A DNA stretch of 64,000 nt. Source: Centroscyllium fabricii. Its lineage: Eukaryota. The translations under genes and the position numbers were made by a program. The stretch spans positions 1,116,001-1,180,000 of the forward strand of contig JBNRSN020000118.1 of the NCBI GenBank assembly GCA_051313645.2, in the 5' to 3' direction. The first letter of the stretch is position 1, and every line of letters starts with the position of its first letter. Positions 62,300-64,000 of the stretch are shown here, one piece after another. The notes under the pieces were generated by a model. That model was not told the DNA's origin, ran no database searches, and saw only the letters and a list, made by a program, of their open reading frames with translations.

Positions 62300-64000
62300 A
62301 CACTGTACATATGTTGATCATGTTGTGGTGCACATTGTACAGATGTTCATCATGTTGTGGTGCACACTGTACAGATGTTCATCTTGTTGTGGAGCACATT
62401 GTACAGATGTTCATCATGTTGTGGTGCACACTGTACAGATGTTCATCATGTTGTGGTGCACACTTTACAGATGTTCATCATGTTGTGGTGCACACTGTAC
62501 AGATGTTCATCATGTTGTGGTGCACACTGTACAAATGCTCATCTTATTGTGTTGCACACTGTACAGATGTTCATCTTGTTGTGGTGCACACTGTACAGAT
62601 GTTCATCATGTTGTGCTGCACACTGTTCAGATGATCATCTTGTTGTGGTGCACACTTTACGGATGTTCATCATGTTGTGGAGCACAATGTACAGATGTTC
62701 ATCATGTTGTTGTGCACAATTTAGAGATGTTCATCATGTTGTGGTGCACACTGTACAGATGTTGATCTTGTTGTGGTGCACACTGTACAGATGTTCATCT
62801 TTTTGTGTTGCACACTGTACAGATGTTCATCTTGTTGTGCTGCACACTGTACAGATGTTCATCATGTTGTGGTGCACTTTTTACAGATGTTCATCTTGTT
62901 GTGGTGCACATTGTAGAGATGGACACCATGTTGGGGTGCACACTGTACAGATGTTCATCTTGTTGTGGTGCACACTGTACAGATGTTCATCATGTTGTAG
63001 TGCACACTGTGCAGATGTTCATCTTGTTGTGGTGCACACTGTACAGATGTTCATCTTGTTGTGGTGCACATTGTACAGATGTTCATCATGTTGTGGTGCA
63101 TACTGTACAGATGTACATCTTGTTGTGGTGCACACTGTACAGATGTTCATCATGTTGTGGTGCACACTTTACAGATGTTCATCCTGCTGTTGTGCACACT
63201 GTACAGATGCTCATCTTGTTGTGGTGCAAACTGTACAGATGTTCATCATGTTGTGGTACACAGTGCACAGATGTTCATCATGTTGTGGAGCACACTGTAC
63301 AGATGTTCATCTTGTTGTGGTGCAGACTGTACAGATGTTCATCATGTTGTGGTGCACACTGTACAGATGTTCATCATGTTGTGGTGCACACTGTACAAAT
63401 GTTCATCTTATTGTGTTGAACACTGTACAGATGTTCATCTTGTTGTGGTGCACACTGTACAGATGTTCATCATGTTGTGGTGCACAATGTACAGATGTTC
63501 ATCTTGTTGTGGTGCACACTGTACAGATGTTCATCTTGTTGTGGTGCACACTGTACAGATGTTCACCATATTGTGGTGCACACTGTACAGATGTTCATCT
63601 TTTAGTGGGGCACACTCTACAGATGTTCATCATGTTCTGGTGCACACTGTACAGATGTACATCATGTTGTGGTGCACAGTGTACAGATGTTCATCATGTT
63701 GTGGTGCGCACTGTACAGATGTTCATCATGTCGTGGTGCACATTGTATAGATGTTCATCATGTTGTGGTGCACACTGTACAGACGTTCATCATGTTGTTG
63801 TGCACACTGTACAGATGTTCATCATGTTGTGGTGCACAATGTACAGATGTTCATCTTGTGGTGGTGCACACTGTACAGATGTTCATCATGTTGTGGTGCA
63901 CACTGTACAGATGTTCAACATGTTGTGGTGCGCACTGTACAGATGTTCATCATGTTGTGGTGCACACAGTACAGATTTTCATCATGTTGTTGTGCACAAT
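62300..64000 (+). repeat. Dispersed paralog of about 56420-58115 (offset 5886), truncated by the window end
   Basis: CATATGTTGATC at 56422/62308. ORF twins at 57175/63061. Confidence 0.85.

Larger units (their letters stand above)
1..64000 (+). repeat. Tandem satellite array of about 2,000 32-bp monomers, consensus GTTCATC(A/T)TGTTGTGGTGCACACTGTACAGAT; array runs to both window edges
   Basis: Monomer starts recur at 32n+1 (1, 481, 961, ... 11041). Every line is a variant of the same unit in the same orientation. The monomer start at 63721 is shifted by only -24 bp from the starting register. Confidence 0.99.

Noticed and set aside
1-64000. CRISPR array (32-bp, partly palindromic repeat)
   Set aside because: Repeats abut directly with no unique spacers, and there is no leader or cas gene.
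1-64000. Steroid-receptor element in TGTACA-ga-TGTTCA and p53 half-site around CATG
   Set aside because: The spacer is 2 bp rather than the 3 bp needed for GRE/ARE elements, and the CATG flanks do not fit RRRCWWGYYY.
1-64000. Telomeric repeat array with a long unit
   Set aside because: Telomerase-made repeats would not show ordered multi-kb duplications of variant monomers, and the G/C strand skew is weak (8 G versus 6 C). A subtelomeric location is not excluded.
1-64000. Sequencing or assembly artefact, or synthetic concatemer
   Set aside because: Variants are substitution-dominated and shared in conserved order among paralogous blocks at several divergence levels, which is typical of natural satellite evolution. 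Individual near-identical duplications still need read validation.
1-64000. Variant monomers as an information-bearing code or diversity cassette system
   Set aside because: The variant order is explained by descent through duplication, and there is no expression site, recombinase, reverse transcriptase or other reading machinery in the window.
1-64000. Embedded transposon, RNA gene or inversion
   Set aside because: No non-satellite stretch or reverse-orientation monomer was seen, and the monomer register can be followed across the full window.

Overview
The whole 64 kb window is one uninterrupted head-to-tail tandem satellite array, most likely eukaryotic heterochromatin. It holds about 2,000 copies of a 32-bp monomer, consensus GTTCATC(A/T)TGTTGTGGTGCACACTGTACAGAT (44% GC, no CpG), and I saw no inversion. 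I found no unique sequence, credible gene, RNA gene, transposon or CRISPR spacer. The long ORFs are an arithmetic consequence of the monomer: its + strand has no stop triplet and 32 is not a multiple of 3, so all three + frames read the same 32-aa Cys/His/Val-rich repeat. The real structure lies in the variant monomers. There is a mosaic of local higher-order duplications of different sizes (43, 50, 12, 46, 112, 101, 35-36, 26, 95, 42 and 49-55 monomers), some of them nested. There are long-range dispersed copies, a more diverged and indel-rich domain at about 9.8-19.2 kb, and marker monomers that let duplication events be ordered. The register shifts by only 24 bp net across the window. I could not assign the satellite to a named family or organism, and I see no evidence of a novel protein-based system. 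Duplication boundaries are approximate, to within one or two monomers.
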